Shown here piece by piece: positions 7,886 through 18,194 of a stretch of DNA of 64,000 nt; positions within the stretch are counted from its first letter, which is position 1; the number at the start of each line of letters is the position of its first letter. The stretch is taken from assembly GCA_051859245.1 (NCBI GenBank), contig JBHYGA010000005.1:1-64000 (forward strand), in the 5' to 3' direction. Origin of the DNA: Gemmatimonadaceae bacterium. GTDB taxonomy: Bacteria; Gemmatimonadota; Gemmatimonadetes; Gemmatimonadales; Gemmatimonadaceae. A program made the position numbers and the translations under genes. The notes under the pieces are model-generated. The model made no database searches. It was not told the DNA's origin and saw nothing but the letters and a program-made list of their open reading frames with translations.

Positions 7886-10800
7886 TCAGGCGCGAATGAG
7901 CTTCACCCGTTCCGGACCCAGCAGCGCGCGCATATCGGAGAGCGCGAGCGGAGTAGCCGCAACGGTGAGCGAGCGTGACCGGAATCGAACCGCTGTCCCG
8001 CGCTCGTCACGCCAGCGCAGCTCAAGCGGTGCCGACCCGATGTGCCCTTCGAGCACACGGCGCACATCATCCATCACCGCGGGCGGCAGATCGAGGCCGC
8101 CCACGAGGTCGATCGACACAGCAACGTCACCACCGGCCCGCAGTTCGGCGAACCGGGTCACACTCTCAACTATAAAGGGCGGATTCTCTTCCTCCTGATG
8201 CCTTCGAGAATAGCCGCCTTTGATGAGCAGGGGAATGTCTGTCCGGACCCGATCGCCAATGGCTGCCCACTTCTCGGCGAACACCAGCAATTCGGAAGAT
8301 CCGGAAAAATCCTCCACTGTCAACCGGGCAAACTCCTGACCGGTCCGTTTACTGATCTGCTTTTTGATCGCCGTGACGACCACACCGAGCGAGACGGGCA
8401 CCTCGGTGTAGGCACCCAGATCGGCCAACGTGTGCGTGGCAAAGAGCTCGCATTCGGTACGGAATGGCTCGAGCGGGTGTCCTGAAATGTAGAATCCGAG
8501 CAAATCCTTCTCGCGCTGGAGGCGCTCCGATTCGCTCCACTCGGCCACATTCGGCAGCGCCGAGCTGCTCTTGGTGCCCTCGGCCGGGCTGTCGCCCATG
8601 AGGTCGCCAAAGAGCGACACCTGACCAGCGGCGGCGTCTTCCTGATGGAGCGACGCTTCATTGAGCGCGGCGTCGAGGCCGGCCAGCAGCTGGGCCCGGT
8701 GTCCACCGAGCGAGTCGCAGGCGCCGGCGGCAATCAACGCTTCAAAAAAGCGCCGATTGCACATGCGAAGGTCCACGCGCGCGCACAGGTCGTGGAGCGA
8801 GGTGAATGGACCATCCGCGCGTGCTTCGAGCAGCGAGTCAATGGCGCCGTGGCCAACATTGCGCACCGCACCGAGGCCAAATCGCACGCGCTTCTGTTCA
8901 ACCACGGTGAAGCGCCAGTTCGACTCGTTCACATCCGGCGCGAGAACTTCGAGTCCCATTTCGCGCGCTTCGGCGATGTACTTGATGACTTCTTCCGTCT
9001 TGCCGATTTGGGCGGACAACAGCGCCGCCATGAACTCGGCGGGGTAGTGCGTTTTCAGCCAGGCGGTGTGGTACGAGAGAACGGAGTAGGCGACAGAGTG
9101 AGACTTGTTGAATCCGTACCGTCCAAACGTTTCGATCTGTCCCGCGATTTCCTTGATGATCGACGGGTCGTGCCCCTTCGCAACGGCCTTCTCTTCAAAC
9201 TTGCCGAGCTCCTTTTTGATCAACTCGGCGTCTTTCTTGCCGACCGCTTTTCTCAGCACGTCGGCTTCGGCGAGCGAGATGCCCGCAAGCACCTGCGCGA
9301 TACGCATCACCTGTTCCTGATACGTGATCACGCCGTACGTGCTGCTCAGAATCTGTTCAAGCTCGGGCAACGCGTACGACACCGCTTCTTCGCCGCGTTT
9401 GCGCTTGATATACACGTTGTGCATGCCGGCATCGAGCGGGCCGGGGCGCAACAATGCATTGGACGCAACAAGATCGTCAAAGCGATCGCAGCGCATGCGC
9501 TTGAGCACGTCTGTGGCGAGCGGTGATTCAAACTGAAACACACCGCCGGTGCGACCGGCGCGCAGCACACGGTAGGTGTCGTCGTCCGTGAAGCCACGCG
9601 TTTCAAGCACCACATCAATACCGCGTGTGGCTTTGACCAGCTTGATGGTGTCGGCAATCACCGTGAGTGTGGTGAGGCCGAGGAAGTCCATCTTGAGCAT
9701 GCCTGCCTTCTCCAGGCAGTTCATGTCGTACTGCGTGACGATCACGCGCTCGTCATCACCGGCACCAGAGCCCTTGGATGCCTGCGTGCAGATCGGCACA
9801 AAATCATCGAGCGGGCCTGGCGCGATCACCACGCCGGCCGCGTGCACACCCGTGTGGCGCGACAAACCTTCCAGCTTGATCGCGTAGTCGAGCAGCTGAC
9901 GATAGCGCGGATCGTCGGCATACAACTTTTTCACTTCGGGCACTTGCACCACGGCTTCCTTGACCGTGAGCGAGTTGTTGGGCGCGTTCGGCACAAGTTT
10001 CGCGAGCGCGTCGGTTTCGGCCGGCGTGAATCCAAGCGTGCGCCCAACATCCTTGATCGCGGCGCGCGACTTCATCGTACCAAACGTGACGATCTGGCCG
10101 ACCGAATCCTTGCCGTACTTTTGTCGCACGTACTCGATCACTTCGCCGCGACGTTCGAAGCAGAAGTCCACGTCCACGTCGGGCATGGACACGCGCTCTG
10201 GATTCAAAAAGCGTTCGAAGAGCAGGTCGAACTCAAGCGGGCACACATCGGTAATGCCGAGTCCGTAGGCGACGAGCGAGCCTGCGGCGGAACCGCGCCC
10301 CGGACCCACCGGAATGCCCATGTCGCGCGCCGCCTGAATGAAGTCGGCGGTGATCAGGAAGTAGCCGGCGTATCCGGTGCGCGTGATGACGTCGAGTTCG
10401 TACTGCAGCCGCTCACGGACTTCGTCACGCAGCGGCGCACCGTACCGTGCCTCGGCACCCGCGGTGGCCAGCGTGACCAGATACTCGTTCTCCGTGTTGA
10501 TGCCTTCGGGGAGTGGAAACGCGGGCACGTTGTACTTCTTGGCAAACTGCACGTCGACGGAATCAGCAATCGCGAGCGTGTTTTCCAGCACATCGGGCCG
10601 GCCCGGAAAGTGCGCGGCGATTTGCGGTGCGCTCTTGAAATACAAGCCGTCGTCGTACCGCATGCGATCACGATCGCTGCGATCTTTGCCAAGGCCAATG
10701 CACAGCAACACATCGTGTGCATCGTGATCGTCGTGCGTGAGAAAGTGCGCGTCGTTGGTGGCGACAACGGGCAAACCCATTTTGTCGGCCAGCTTGAACA

Positions 10801-11368
10801 CCTTCTCATTGAGCACGCTCTGGCCGTCGCTGCCGTGCGCCTGCACCTCGAGGTAGTAGCGCCCCTTGAACAGTTCGGCGTACCACGCGGCGGTGGCCTC
10901 CGCTTCTGCGTCGCGGCCTTCCAGCAGGTGCGACGCGACTTCGCCCGCCATGCACGCCGAGGTCACGATGATGCCCTCGTTGTACTGCACCAGCGTCTCG
11001 CGATCCACGCGTGGCTTCCCGTAGAAGCCTTCGGTGTACGCAAGGGAGGATAACTTGACCAGATTGCGATAGCCCACGATATCGCGGGCCAGCAGCACCA
11101 GATGGTAGTTGGATTTTTGCCCGGGGGCGGCCTTGGCTCGTACGCGCCGGTCACCGGGCGCTACGTAGGCTTCCATTCCAAGAATCGGCTTGACGCCGGC
11201 CTTGCGCGCCTGCTCCTGGAACTCCCAGGCGGCGTGCATGTTACCGTGATCTGTAATGGCGAGCGCAGGCTGTTCAAACGTCTGCGCCCGCTTGATCAGA
11301 TCCCCGATCCTGTTCGCCCCGTCGAGGAGCGAGAATTCCGAATGACAGTGCAGATGGACGAAGGACAT
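7886..11368 (-). CDS. dnaE: DNA polymerase III alpha subunit
   Basis: FVHLHCHSEFSLLDG PHP domain, GPGRGSAAGS, FERFLNPERVSMPDVDVDF, KMDFLGL, YGFNKSHS, C-terminal OB fold. 1160 aa with no intein-sized insertion. Confidence 0.98.
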   Translation of the reverse strand: MSFVHLHCHSEFSLLDGANRIGDLIKRAQTFEQPALAITDHGNMHAAWEFQEQARKAGVKPILGMEAYVAPGDRRVRAKAAPGQKSNYHLVLLARDIVGYRNLVKLSSLAYTEGFYGKPRVDRETLVQYNEGIIVTSACMAGEVASHLLEGRDAEAEATAAWYAELFKGRYYLEVQAHGSDGQSVLNEKVFKLADKMGLPVVATNDAHFLTHDDHDAHDVLLCIGLGKDRSDRDRMRYDDGLYFKSAPQIAAHFPGRPDVLENTLAIADSVDVQFAKKYNVPAFPLPEGINTENEYLVTLATAGAEARYGAPLRDEVRERLQYELDVITRTGYAGYFLITADFIQAARDMGIPVGPGRGSAAGSLVAYGLGITDVCPLEFDLLFERFLNPERVSMPDVDVDFCFERRGEVIEYVRQKYGKDSVGQIVTFGTMKSRAAIKDVGRTLGFTPAETDALAKLVPNAPNNSLTVKEAVVQVPEVKKLYADDPRYRQLLDYAIKLEGLSRHTGVHAAGVVIAPGPLDDFVPICTQASKGSGAGDDERVIVTQYDMNCLEKAGMLKMDFLGLTTLTVIADTIKLVKATRGIDVVLETRGFTDDDTYRVLRAGRTGGVFQFESPLATDVLKRMRCDRFDDLVASNALLRPGPLDAGMHNVYIKRKRGEEAVSYALPELEQILSSTYGVITYQEQVMRIAQVLAGISLAEADVLRKAVGKKDAELIKKELGKFEEKAVAKGHDPSIIKEIAGQIETFGRYGFNKSHSVAYSVLSYHTAWLKTHYPAEFMAALLSAQIGKTEEVIKYIAEAREMGLEVLAPDVNESNWRFTVVEQKRVRFGLGAVRNVGHGAIDSLLEARADGPFTSLHDLCARVDLRMCNRRFFEALIAAGACDSLGGHRAQLLAGLDAALNEASLHQEDAAAGQVSLFGDLMGDSPAEGTKSSSALPNVAEWSESERLQREKDLLGFYISGHPLEPFRTECELFATHTLADLGAYTEVPVSLGVVVTAIKKQISKRTGQEFARLTVEDFSGSSELLVFAEKWAAIGDRVRTDIPLLIKGGYSRRHQEEENPPFIVESVTRFAELRAGGDVAVSIDLVGGLDLPPAVMDDVRRVLEGHIGSAPLELRWRDERGTAVRFRSRSLTVAATPLALSDMRALLGPERVKLIRA

Positions 11369-11443
11369 GGAATCTCAACGTTAGTCGGACGCGGCCGAGA
11401 GGGAAACGGCAGCCGGCGTCTTCGTCGTGCCGGACGGTTTGGC

Positions 11444-12517
11444 GTGTTTGGCGCACTCGTATTGATAGTGGTTTTTGTCGTTTCGCCAATGGGTTGCTAT
11501 TTGTCTCGCGCTGCGTACGAGGAAGCGCGCATTCTGGCCAAGCGCAAGCCGATTGAGCGTGTGCTGGCCGACAGCACCACGCCAGCCGACGAACGCGACA
11601 AACTGCGACTGGTGCAGGCGGCGCGCTTGTTTGCGCGAGATTCGCTGGGCCTGACGCCAAAGGAAACGTTCACGCGCTACTCGCGGCTGGATCGCGACAC
11701 GCTCGTGCTCGTCGTGTCGGCGTCATTCCCCGATCGGCTGGCGCGCAAAACGTGGTGGTTTCCGATCGTCGGTCGTTTCCCGTACAAGGGCTACTTTGAT
11801 TTTGACGGCGCCTTGCGCACCGCTGAGTCTTTGCGGCGCGAAGGCTACGACGTCTCGGTGGGTGCGTCGAGTGCGTTCAGCACGCTGGGTTGGTTTAATG
11901 ATCCGGTGGTGAGTACCACACTTCGGCTCGATTCCGTGTCGCTCGTGAACACGGTGATTCACGAAATCGCGCACACCACGTTTTTTGCCAAAGGGCAGGT
12001 GGTGTTCAACGAATCGTTCGCTTCGTTTGTTGGTGGTCGCGGGGCGATCGCGTTTTTCCGTGCGCAGAACGACTCAGCACTCGCCGCGCGCGCCGAACGT
12101 GAATGGAATGACGATCTGGTGCTCGGCCAGTTCTGGTCGTCGCTGTTCGCCGAACTGGATTCGGCGTTTGCCGCGCATCCGGACTCGCTGGATCCCGCTG
12201 GAGCCAAAGCGGCTCGTCTCGCCGCGCGCGAGCGCATCTATGCGGCGGCGCGGATTACGCTGCGCGATTCCGTGGTCCCGCGCCTTTCTACGTACGGACC
12301 AGCGTGGGCCGAGCGCGTGCCGCTCGACAATGCCGTGCTGATGGCGCGGCGCGTGTACGCGACCGGGCTTGACGATTTCGACGCCGTGTATGCGCTCGAA
12401 GATCAGAATATTGCCCGGTCCGTACGACGCATCATTGCACTGGCCAAAGCCGAGCCAGACGCACCCTACAATGCACTCAAGGCTGCGGTTTCGCCTCCGG
12501 CAGCAACAACACCTTGA
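11444..12517 (+). CDS. Putative zinc-dependent aminopeptidase (exported or membrane-anchored)
   Basis: WWFPIVGRFPYKGYF, AFSTLGWFNDP, HEIAH...NESFA gluzincin-like motifs and a hydrophobic N-terminus. Start uncertain: GTG 11444 chosen; ATG 11354 would overlap dnaE. Confidence 0.85.
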   Translation: MFGALVLIVVFVVSPMGCYLSRAAYEEARILAKRKPIERVLADSTTPADERDKLRLVQAARLFARDSLGLTPKETFTRYSRLDRDTLVLVVSASFPDRLARKTWWFPIVGRFPYKGYFDFDGALRTAESLRREGYDVSVGASSAFSTLGWFNDPVVSTTLRLDSVSLVNTVIHEIAHTTFFAKGQVVFNESFASFVGGRGAIAFFRAQNDSALAARAEREWNDDLVLGQFWSSLFAELDSAFAAHPDSLDPAGAKAARLAARERIYAAARITLRDSVVPRLSTYGPAWAERVPLDNAVLMARRVYATGLDDFDAVYALEDQNIARSVRRIIALAKAEPDAPYNALKAAVSPPAATTP

Positions 12518-15341
12518 CGTACTGCTCGGGGTTCACAAAGGCCCGGGCAGCGTCGCGCACCGCGTCCACAGTTGTTGCATCGATCACCGATTTCGCGTCG
12601 AGCATCTGACGCGGATCAGTGCCCGTGCGCAGTCGTGTGAGAATACCCGACATCCAGAAGCCATTCTCCTTTTGCGACACTTCGAGCGAACGGCGCTGCT
12701 TTTCCAGTGCAGCGGCCAGCTGCTCGGGCTTGGGTCCGTTCTCGCGCAGGTCCGCAATCACCCGCTTGACGCTCGCAAACAACGTGTCGGCATTCTCGGG
12801 CGATGAACCGTACTGCACTACCAGCTGTTGCGCGTTACGCGGCTGCGTGGACGCAGACGCGCTCACGCCAACCGAGTACGTGCCGCCGAGGGCCTCGCGC
12901 AGCTCTTCCGTAAGGCGTGATTCCAGCACATCACCAAACGTGCGGAACGCTTGACGCGTTGCCACCGTGCTCGGCGCTTCGTTGTGAAACACCAGCGCGG
13001 TTGACGCTTTCGGTTCCACGCCCGCGCGCACGGTCTTCTCAACTTTGCCGCGCGGCGGCCGCACACCCGTGTCGCGCCATGTCTCCGTACGGCCAGCGGC
13101 GGGCAACGCGGCCAGCCAATTTTGTACCAGTGGCTCCAACGTTTCCGCGGTCACGTTGCCAACAAACACGAACGTGAAGCCATTCGCGTCGGAAAAGCGC
13201 TCTTTGTAAATCGCGAGCGCTTCGTCGATTGATACGGCGTTGAACAGTTCGGCCGTGGGCAACTTCACGCGCGGATGACCATTCGCCAGCGTCATCGTGA
13301 TCGTGTCGCTGAACACGGCATCCGGCGAGCGGCCGCGATTTGCCAGCACCGCACTGATCTGTTGACGAAACGCTTTCACTGCCGCCGAGTCCACGCGCGG
13401 TGCGGTGAACTTGAGATAGATGAGCTGGAACAACGTTTCCAGATCTTTCGGCGACGCGCGACCGCTCACATCCTGACTGAGATCCGTGATGCCCACGCCA
13501 ACCTGCGCCACTTTGCCCGACAGCTTCTTCTGCAAGTCGATAATGGACAGGTTGCCAACGCCGCCGCGCTCAATGAAGAGCGTGGCCAGTTCGCCCGCGG
13601 TTGCGCGCTCGTCCGGGTACAGACTGATGCCGCCGGGCGCGAAGCCCGACACGAGCACTTCGTCGGCTTTGAAGTCGGTGGTCTTGAGCAACACACGCAC
13701 GCCGTTGCCGAGCGTCCACTCGGTAACATCGAGTTCGGCGATGCGGTTGCGCGCCGTGATGCGGCCCGGCGCCGGCGTCGTGGCAACGAGTGCACCATCG
13801 GTAATGGTTTCAGTCCACGGCGTGATGGTGGCGCTCGCCGCGCGCTGCAGCGCGGCGAGCAGCTGCTCACGCGTTGGCACCGACACGCCTTCCTTGAGCG
13901 CGACCGAGGCCAGCACCGCACGATCATTGTCGCTGATCCAGCTGCGACCAACCGAGTTCACGTCGTCTCGAGTTATCGACGCCAGCGCGGCGGGCACCCA
14001 CTGATTGTAGAAGGCAATCCCTGGAATCGGTGACTGCTCCAGGAAGTGACTGATGTACGCGTCCGCAAAGCCGCCGGACTCCGACTTGTCTCGCTCGGCG
14101 AACGCCCGTTCGTAGCCGCGCTGGATGTCGGTTTTGACGCGCGCGATTTCGCTGTCGAGAAAACCAAACTCGTCAACGCGTCGCGCTTCGGTTGCAATCG
14201 CTTCCAGTGCCGCTTCGAGTTTGCCTTCCTGTGCGGCCAGGCTCAGCGAGTACGCGGAGGAGGCGCGAGCGTAGGCGCTGACACCCGACGACGCGTCAAC
14301 CCACGGCGCATTGCCACGCTGCGTAATCTCACTCAGGCGACGGTTGAACGCCGCGTTGTAGATGTCTTCGATCAGGCGCTGGCGCCAATCGCCCACGGTC
14401 CGTGTGGTGCGCCGGGGCAACTTGTACGTGACTTCGACTGACGAGACCTGCAGCTCCGGATCGCTCGCGATGGACACACGCGTGCCATTCACCGCGGGCA
14501 CCGGGATTTCAGTGCGAGCGCGTGCGTTGGCTGGATTGGCGAGTTTGCCAAAGCGTGCGGCAATCATGGCCTGCACGCTGTCCGCGTTAAAATCGCCCAC
14601 GGCAATCACGGCCATATTGTTCGGGCGATACCAATCGTTGTAAAAGCGGCGCAGTGGTGCTGGTGTTGCACTGCGCAATATTCCGGTATCGCCAATCGGC
14701 AAACGCTCTGCGTATTGCGAGCCTTGCAGGAGCACCGGAAAATGTTTGTCGAGCACGCGTGCGTTGGCGCCGCGCGAACCGCGCCATTCTTCCATGACCA
14801 CGCCACGTTCGGCTACCACTTCGGCGCTGTCGAACGTGACCGCCGAGGCCCAGTCTTCCAGAATATCAAAGCTGCGTGCGAGCAGCCCCGCCGAATCGGT
14901 GGGCACGGGCAGGATGTACACGGTTTCGTCGAACCCGGTGTACGCGTTCAGGTCGGCACCAAAGCGCACACCGATCGATTCGAGATATTTCACAATGTCG
15001 TTCTTGGCAAACCGCTTGGTGCCGTTAAACGCCATGTGTTCAAGAAAGTGTGCGAGACCGCGCTGATCCTGATCTTCGAGCACCGAGCCGGCGTTGATCG
15101 CCAGGCGCAACTCCGCGCGCTTCTCAGGACGTGCGTTGGTGCGAATGTACCACCGCAGTCCGTTGGGCAGCGTGCCGGTACGTACCGCGGAGTCGAGCGG
15201 GAGCGGAGTCGTGGCAGGCGGCAACGCGGTTTGCGCGTGCGTGAAAGCTGGCATCGCCACGATGGCGATCGCTCCGCCAACAACCGCGAATGCACGCGCG
15301 GTGCGACGAACGGCGGGATGTACAAGGCTCAGCATTGACAT
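12477..15341 (-). CDS. M16 (insulinase / PqqL-like) zinc protease, periplasmic
   Basis: Signal peptide, GTLPNGLRWYI, inverzincin GLAHFLEHMAFNGT, NAYTGFDETVY, ERGVVMEE; four-domain length of about 950 aa. Confidence 0.92.
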   Translation of the reverse strand: MSMLSLVHPAVRRTARAFAVVGGAIAIVAMPAFTHAQTALPPATTPLPLDSAVRTGTLPNGLRWYIRTNARPEKRAELRLAINAGSVLEDQDQRGLAHFLEHMAFNGTKRFAKNDIVKYLESIGVRFGADLNAYTGFDETVYILPVPTDSAGLLARSFDILEDWASAVTFDSAEVVAERGVVMEEWRGSRGANARVLDKHFPVLLQGSQYAERLPIGDTGILRSATPAPLRRFYNDWYRPNNMAVIAVGDFNADSVQAMIAARFGKLANPANARARTEIPVPAVNGTRVSIASDPELQVSSVEVTYKLPRRTTRTVGDWRQRLIEDIYNAAFNRRLSEITQRGNAPWVDASSGVSAYARASSAYSLSLAAQEGKLEAALEAIATEARRVDEFGFLDSEIARVKTDIQRGYERAFAERDKSESGGFADAYISHFLEQSPIPGIAFYNQWVPAALASITRDDVNSVGRSWISDNDRAVLASVALKEGVSVPTREQLLAALQRAASATITPWTETITDGALVATTPAPGRITARNRIAELDVTEWTLGNGVRVLLKTTDFKADEVLVSGFAPGGISLYPDERATAGELATLFIERGGVGNLSIIDLQKKLSGKVAQVGVGITDLSQDVSGRASPKDLETLFQLIYLKFTAPRVDSAAVKAFRQQISAVLANRGRSPDAVFSDTITMTLANGHPRVKLPTAELFNAVSIDEALAIYKERFSDANGFTFVFVGNVTAETLEPLVQNWLAALPAAGRTETWRDTGVRPPRGKVEKTVRAGVEPKASTALVFHNEAPSTVATRQAFRTFGDVLESRLTEELREALGGTYSVGVSASASTQPRNAQQLVVQYGSSPENADTLFASVKRVIADLRENGPKPEQLAAALEKQRRSLEVSQKENGFWMSGILTRLRTGTDPRQMLDAKSVIDATTVDAVRDAARAFVNPEQYVKVLLLPEAKPQP

Positions 15342-15395
15342 TGCGTCTGGGAGAGAGAGTGCGGATGAGCTCGGCAGGCGACTGTACTACCTGAT

Positions 15396-17555
15396 TCAAC
15401 CAATTTGATTGTCATCCGGTTTCGGTGCGGGCAGTCCAACGCGTCCACGCAGCAGCGCGCGCAGATCCACGGCGGGACGTGGCGGCAGCGGCGCGCTGGT
15501 CAAGAGCGACGGCAGCGAGCCATCCGGTCCCAACGCGACACGTTGCATGGTGCGTCGTACCCCTTCGTCAAGGAATCGTGACAGCTGTCCGTACGAATAG
15601 TCGGCGCCCATGCGCGAGGGATATGACTGCAGCGGGTACACCAGACACAAATGATCGCGCGCGCGCGTCATGGCCACGTAGAGAAGGCGACGCTCTTCTT
15701 CCACCGCGTCGTCATTGCCAGCACTGCGCGCCATAGGATACACGCCGTCAACGGTCCACGGGACGAACACGGCGTCCCACTCGCGTCCTTTGGCGGAGTG
15801 TACGGTGCTAATGATGAGGGCGTCGGAGTCTTCGTCACCACCAACGGCGAGATCTTGCGTGGCGGCTGGCGGTTCCAGCGCGAGCGCGGCGAGAAACTCG
15901 GTGCGCGACGGATAACTCACCGCAATGATCTCGAGCTGGTCGAGATCCGCGAGTCGCGGCGCGGGTTCGTCATACGTTTCCATGAGCAGGCGATCGTACA
16001 GCCGACGGATCTGTGCAATTTCTTCGGCCGTGGTGGCCGGCGTGCTCGCGCTGCGCAATCCGTCCAGCAATGCGCCAAGTGCGGCGAGTCCGGGCGCCGC
16101 TTTGGATGATGCGCGCACCGCACCCAGCACACGCGGATGCCACGCGTGCGCGGCGAGCAACTCCACGGCAGTTCGCGCGGTGGTGTCGCCAACCCCAGGC
16201 AACAGGCGCAGCAGACGATACCAACTCACTTCGTCTTGCGGATTATCAAGCAAGCGCAAGAACGCGAGTACGTCTTTGATGTGCGCCGCTTCGAGAAACT
16301 TGAGACCGCCCCATTTTTCGTACGGGATGCGCCGGTTTGACAACTCGATTTCAAGATCCGCCGAGAGATAGCCCGCGCGCACGAGTACCGCGATTTCACG
16401 CAGTGGTGTGCCTTCTTCGTGCAGTTCGAGCAATCGATCCACAATGAATCGTGTTTGCTCCCGTTCGTCGCGCACCGTCACGAGCCATGGCGCTTCACCA
16501 CCGCGCCGATCGGTCCAGAGTTCCTTGGTATAGCGATACGTGGCGCGCGAAATGAGTGTGTTGCTGGTGTCGAGGATTGGTGCTGTGGAGCGATAGTTCT
16601 GTTCGAGCGTCACGATGGTTGTGCCCGCGAACTGCGACGGGAACGTCATGATGTTGTCGATCGTGGCGCCGCGAAACGCGTAGATCGATTGTGCGTCGTC
16701 GCCAACCACAGTAATGCGACCGTGCGGACAGAGGCCGCGCAGAATGCGGGCTTGTAGCGGATTCGTGTCCTGGTATTCGTCCACGAGCACATGGTCGTAG
16801 TCATTGCGAATGCGATCACCGACTTCGCCACCCTGCTCCAGCAGGAGTGCCAATGACAACAACAGATCATCGTAGTCGAGCAAATTCGCATCGGTTTTGC
16901 GGCGCACGTATTCTGTGAACACACGCTCCAGATCACCGGCCCAGGCGGAGAAGTGCGGCCATCCGTCTTCGAGCAGATCGGCCACGGGGCGATCGGTATT
17001 TACCTGGCGTGAATACAGCGTGACGCATGTTTCAGCGCGCGGAAAGCGACGGGATGGTCCGTCGAGCGGTCCACCGAGTTGCTTGCCGCGCGGCTCGCCG
17101 TAGCCAAGGCTCGTGCGCGCGATGCTCATGAGGTCCGAGGCATCAGCGCTGTCCATAATGGAGAAGTCGCGCGGCAGTCCCGCGGCCGGCCCGTAGCGGC
17201 GGAGAATGCGATGGGCGATGCCGTGGAAGGTGCCGCCCTGCACCCGTTGGCTCGATCCGCCGGCGAGGCGTTCGGCGCGGTCGAGCATTTCCTGTGCGGC
17301 GCGTCGGGTGAAGGTGAGCAGCAGGATGCGGGCGGGCGGCACGCCGCGGGCCACGAGCGCGGCCACGCGGTGCACGAGGGTTCGCGTTTTGCCCGATCCG
17401 GCACCGGCGACTATTAGAAGAGGGGAGTCGCCGTGGGAGGCGGCAGCGGCCTGGGCGGCGTTGAGGGCCGGGCCTTCGGCGGTCGCGGAAGGGGCCACCT
17501 CGCCCTGGGGGCGGAAGGGGCGGAGGTGGAGGGGATCCTTCGGGGCAGCGGCCAT
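15396..17555 (-). CDS. UvrD/Rep/PcrA-family ATP-dependent DNA helicase
   Basis: AGAGSGKT, LLTFTRRAAQEM, VDEYQD, VVGDDAQSIYAFRGA, LEQNYRS, TVHSAKGREW, EERRLLYVAMTRA. Start set at ATG 17555. Confidence 0.95.
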   Translation of the reverse strand: MAAAPKDPLHLRPFRPQGEVAPSATAEGPALNAAQAAAASHGDSPLLIVAGAGSGKTRTLVHRVAALVARGVPPARILLLTFTRRAAQEMLDRAERLAGGSSQRVQGGTFHGIAHRILRRYGPAAGLPRDFSIMDSADASDLMSIARTSLGYGEPRGKQLGGPLDGPSRRFPRAETCVTLYSRQVNTDRPVADLLEDGWPHFSAWAGDLERVFTEYVRRKTDANLLDYDDLLLSLALLLEQGGEVGDRIRNDYDHVLVDEYQDTNPLQARILRGLCPHGRITVVGDDAQSIYAFRGATIDNIMTFPSQFAGTTIVTLEQNYRSTAPILDTSNTLISRATYRYTKELWTDRRGGEAPWLVTVRDEREQTRFIVDRLLELHEEGTPLREIAVLVRAGYLSADLEIELSNRRIPYEKWGGLKFLEAAHIKDVLAFLRLLDNPQDEVSWYRLLRLLPGVGDTTARTAVELLAAHAWHPRVLGAVRASSKAAPGLAALGALLDGLRSASTPATTAEEIAQIRRLYDRLLMETYDEPAPRLADLDQLEIIAVSYPSRTEFLAALALEPPAATQDLAVGGDEDSDALIISTVHSAKGREWDAVFVPWTVDGVYPMARSAGNDDAVEEERRLLYVAMTRARDHLCLVYPLQSYPSRMGADYSYGQLSRFLDEGVRRTMQRVALGPDGSLPSLLTSAPLPPRPAVDLRALLRGRVGLPAPKPDDNQIG

Positions 17556-18194
17556 ACCGGAAGAATGCCGGAGGGTGGCCAAGAGCGGGAGGGCCGTGCC
17601 GGTCTGGTGACGGGTGGGCGTTTGATTCGTCCCGCTTGGTGACAGGAGTGAGACAAAGGGCCGGGCATTGGGGTGTGGACAAAACGGTAGCCGGCGCCGA
17701 TGTTTCTGAATTGTGATAGTCGACAGCAAGTGGAACAAACGATCTGCTTCTTGACCGCAGCGATTTGGGTCCCTATCTTCGGCGCTTGGTATTGTTGCCA
17801 CCACTACGCGGCGTAGTGTGGGTTGCCTGCGTCTGTGTATGTGAGTGTTTTGAGCACGGCGCGGAGTGAGTGGCAGGTGATGGTGTTGGACGTTTGCGCG
17901 ACGCAGGTGATGCGCGAGCGGCAGGGTGGGTAGCAGGTACACAGATGGTGTAGGGCGCAGGTGTTGTGCCTTGGGCGCAGGAGCCTTGACTGCACGAGTG
18001 GATGTTGGCCGGCCGCTTCCCGGACGAGTCCATGCGGTACCGCAGCGCAGGGAGTGCCTGTGACGGTGTTGGTCAGGATCGCGGAGGATCGCGAGAGTGA
18101 AGAACGCCGCTTCTCTTGATGGACTGTTCGACTCCGGCCTCCCAGTCCGGATCGGGCAAAAGACCTTTATACGACCTCGCAAGAGGGAGGACGA

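Noticed and set aside
9842..11053. Long antisense ORFs (also 6812..7837, 27464..28606, 45632..47914, 56844..58169)
   Set aside because: They mirror well-supported genes, as expected with high GC3 codon bias, and show no recognisable motifs.
18118..18148. tRNA/tmRNA T-loop-like GTTCGACTCC
   Set aside because: The flanking 5-mers (GACTG and CCGGC) do not pair and no cloverleaf can be drawn.
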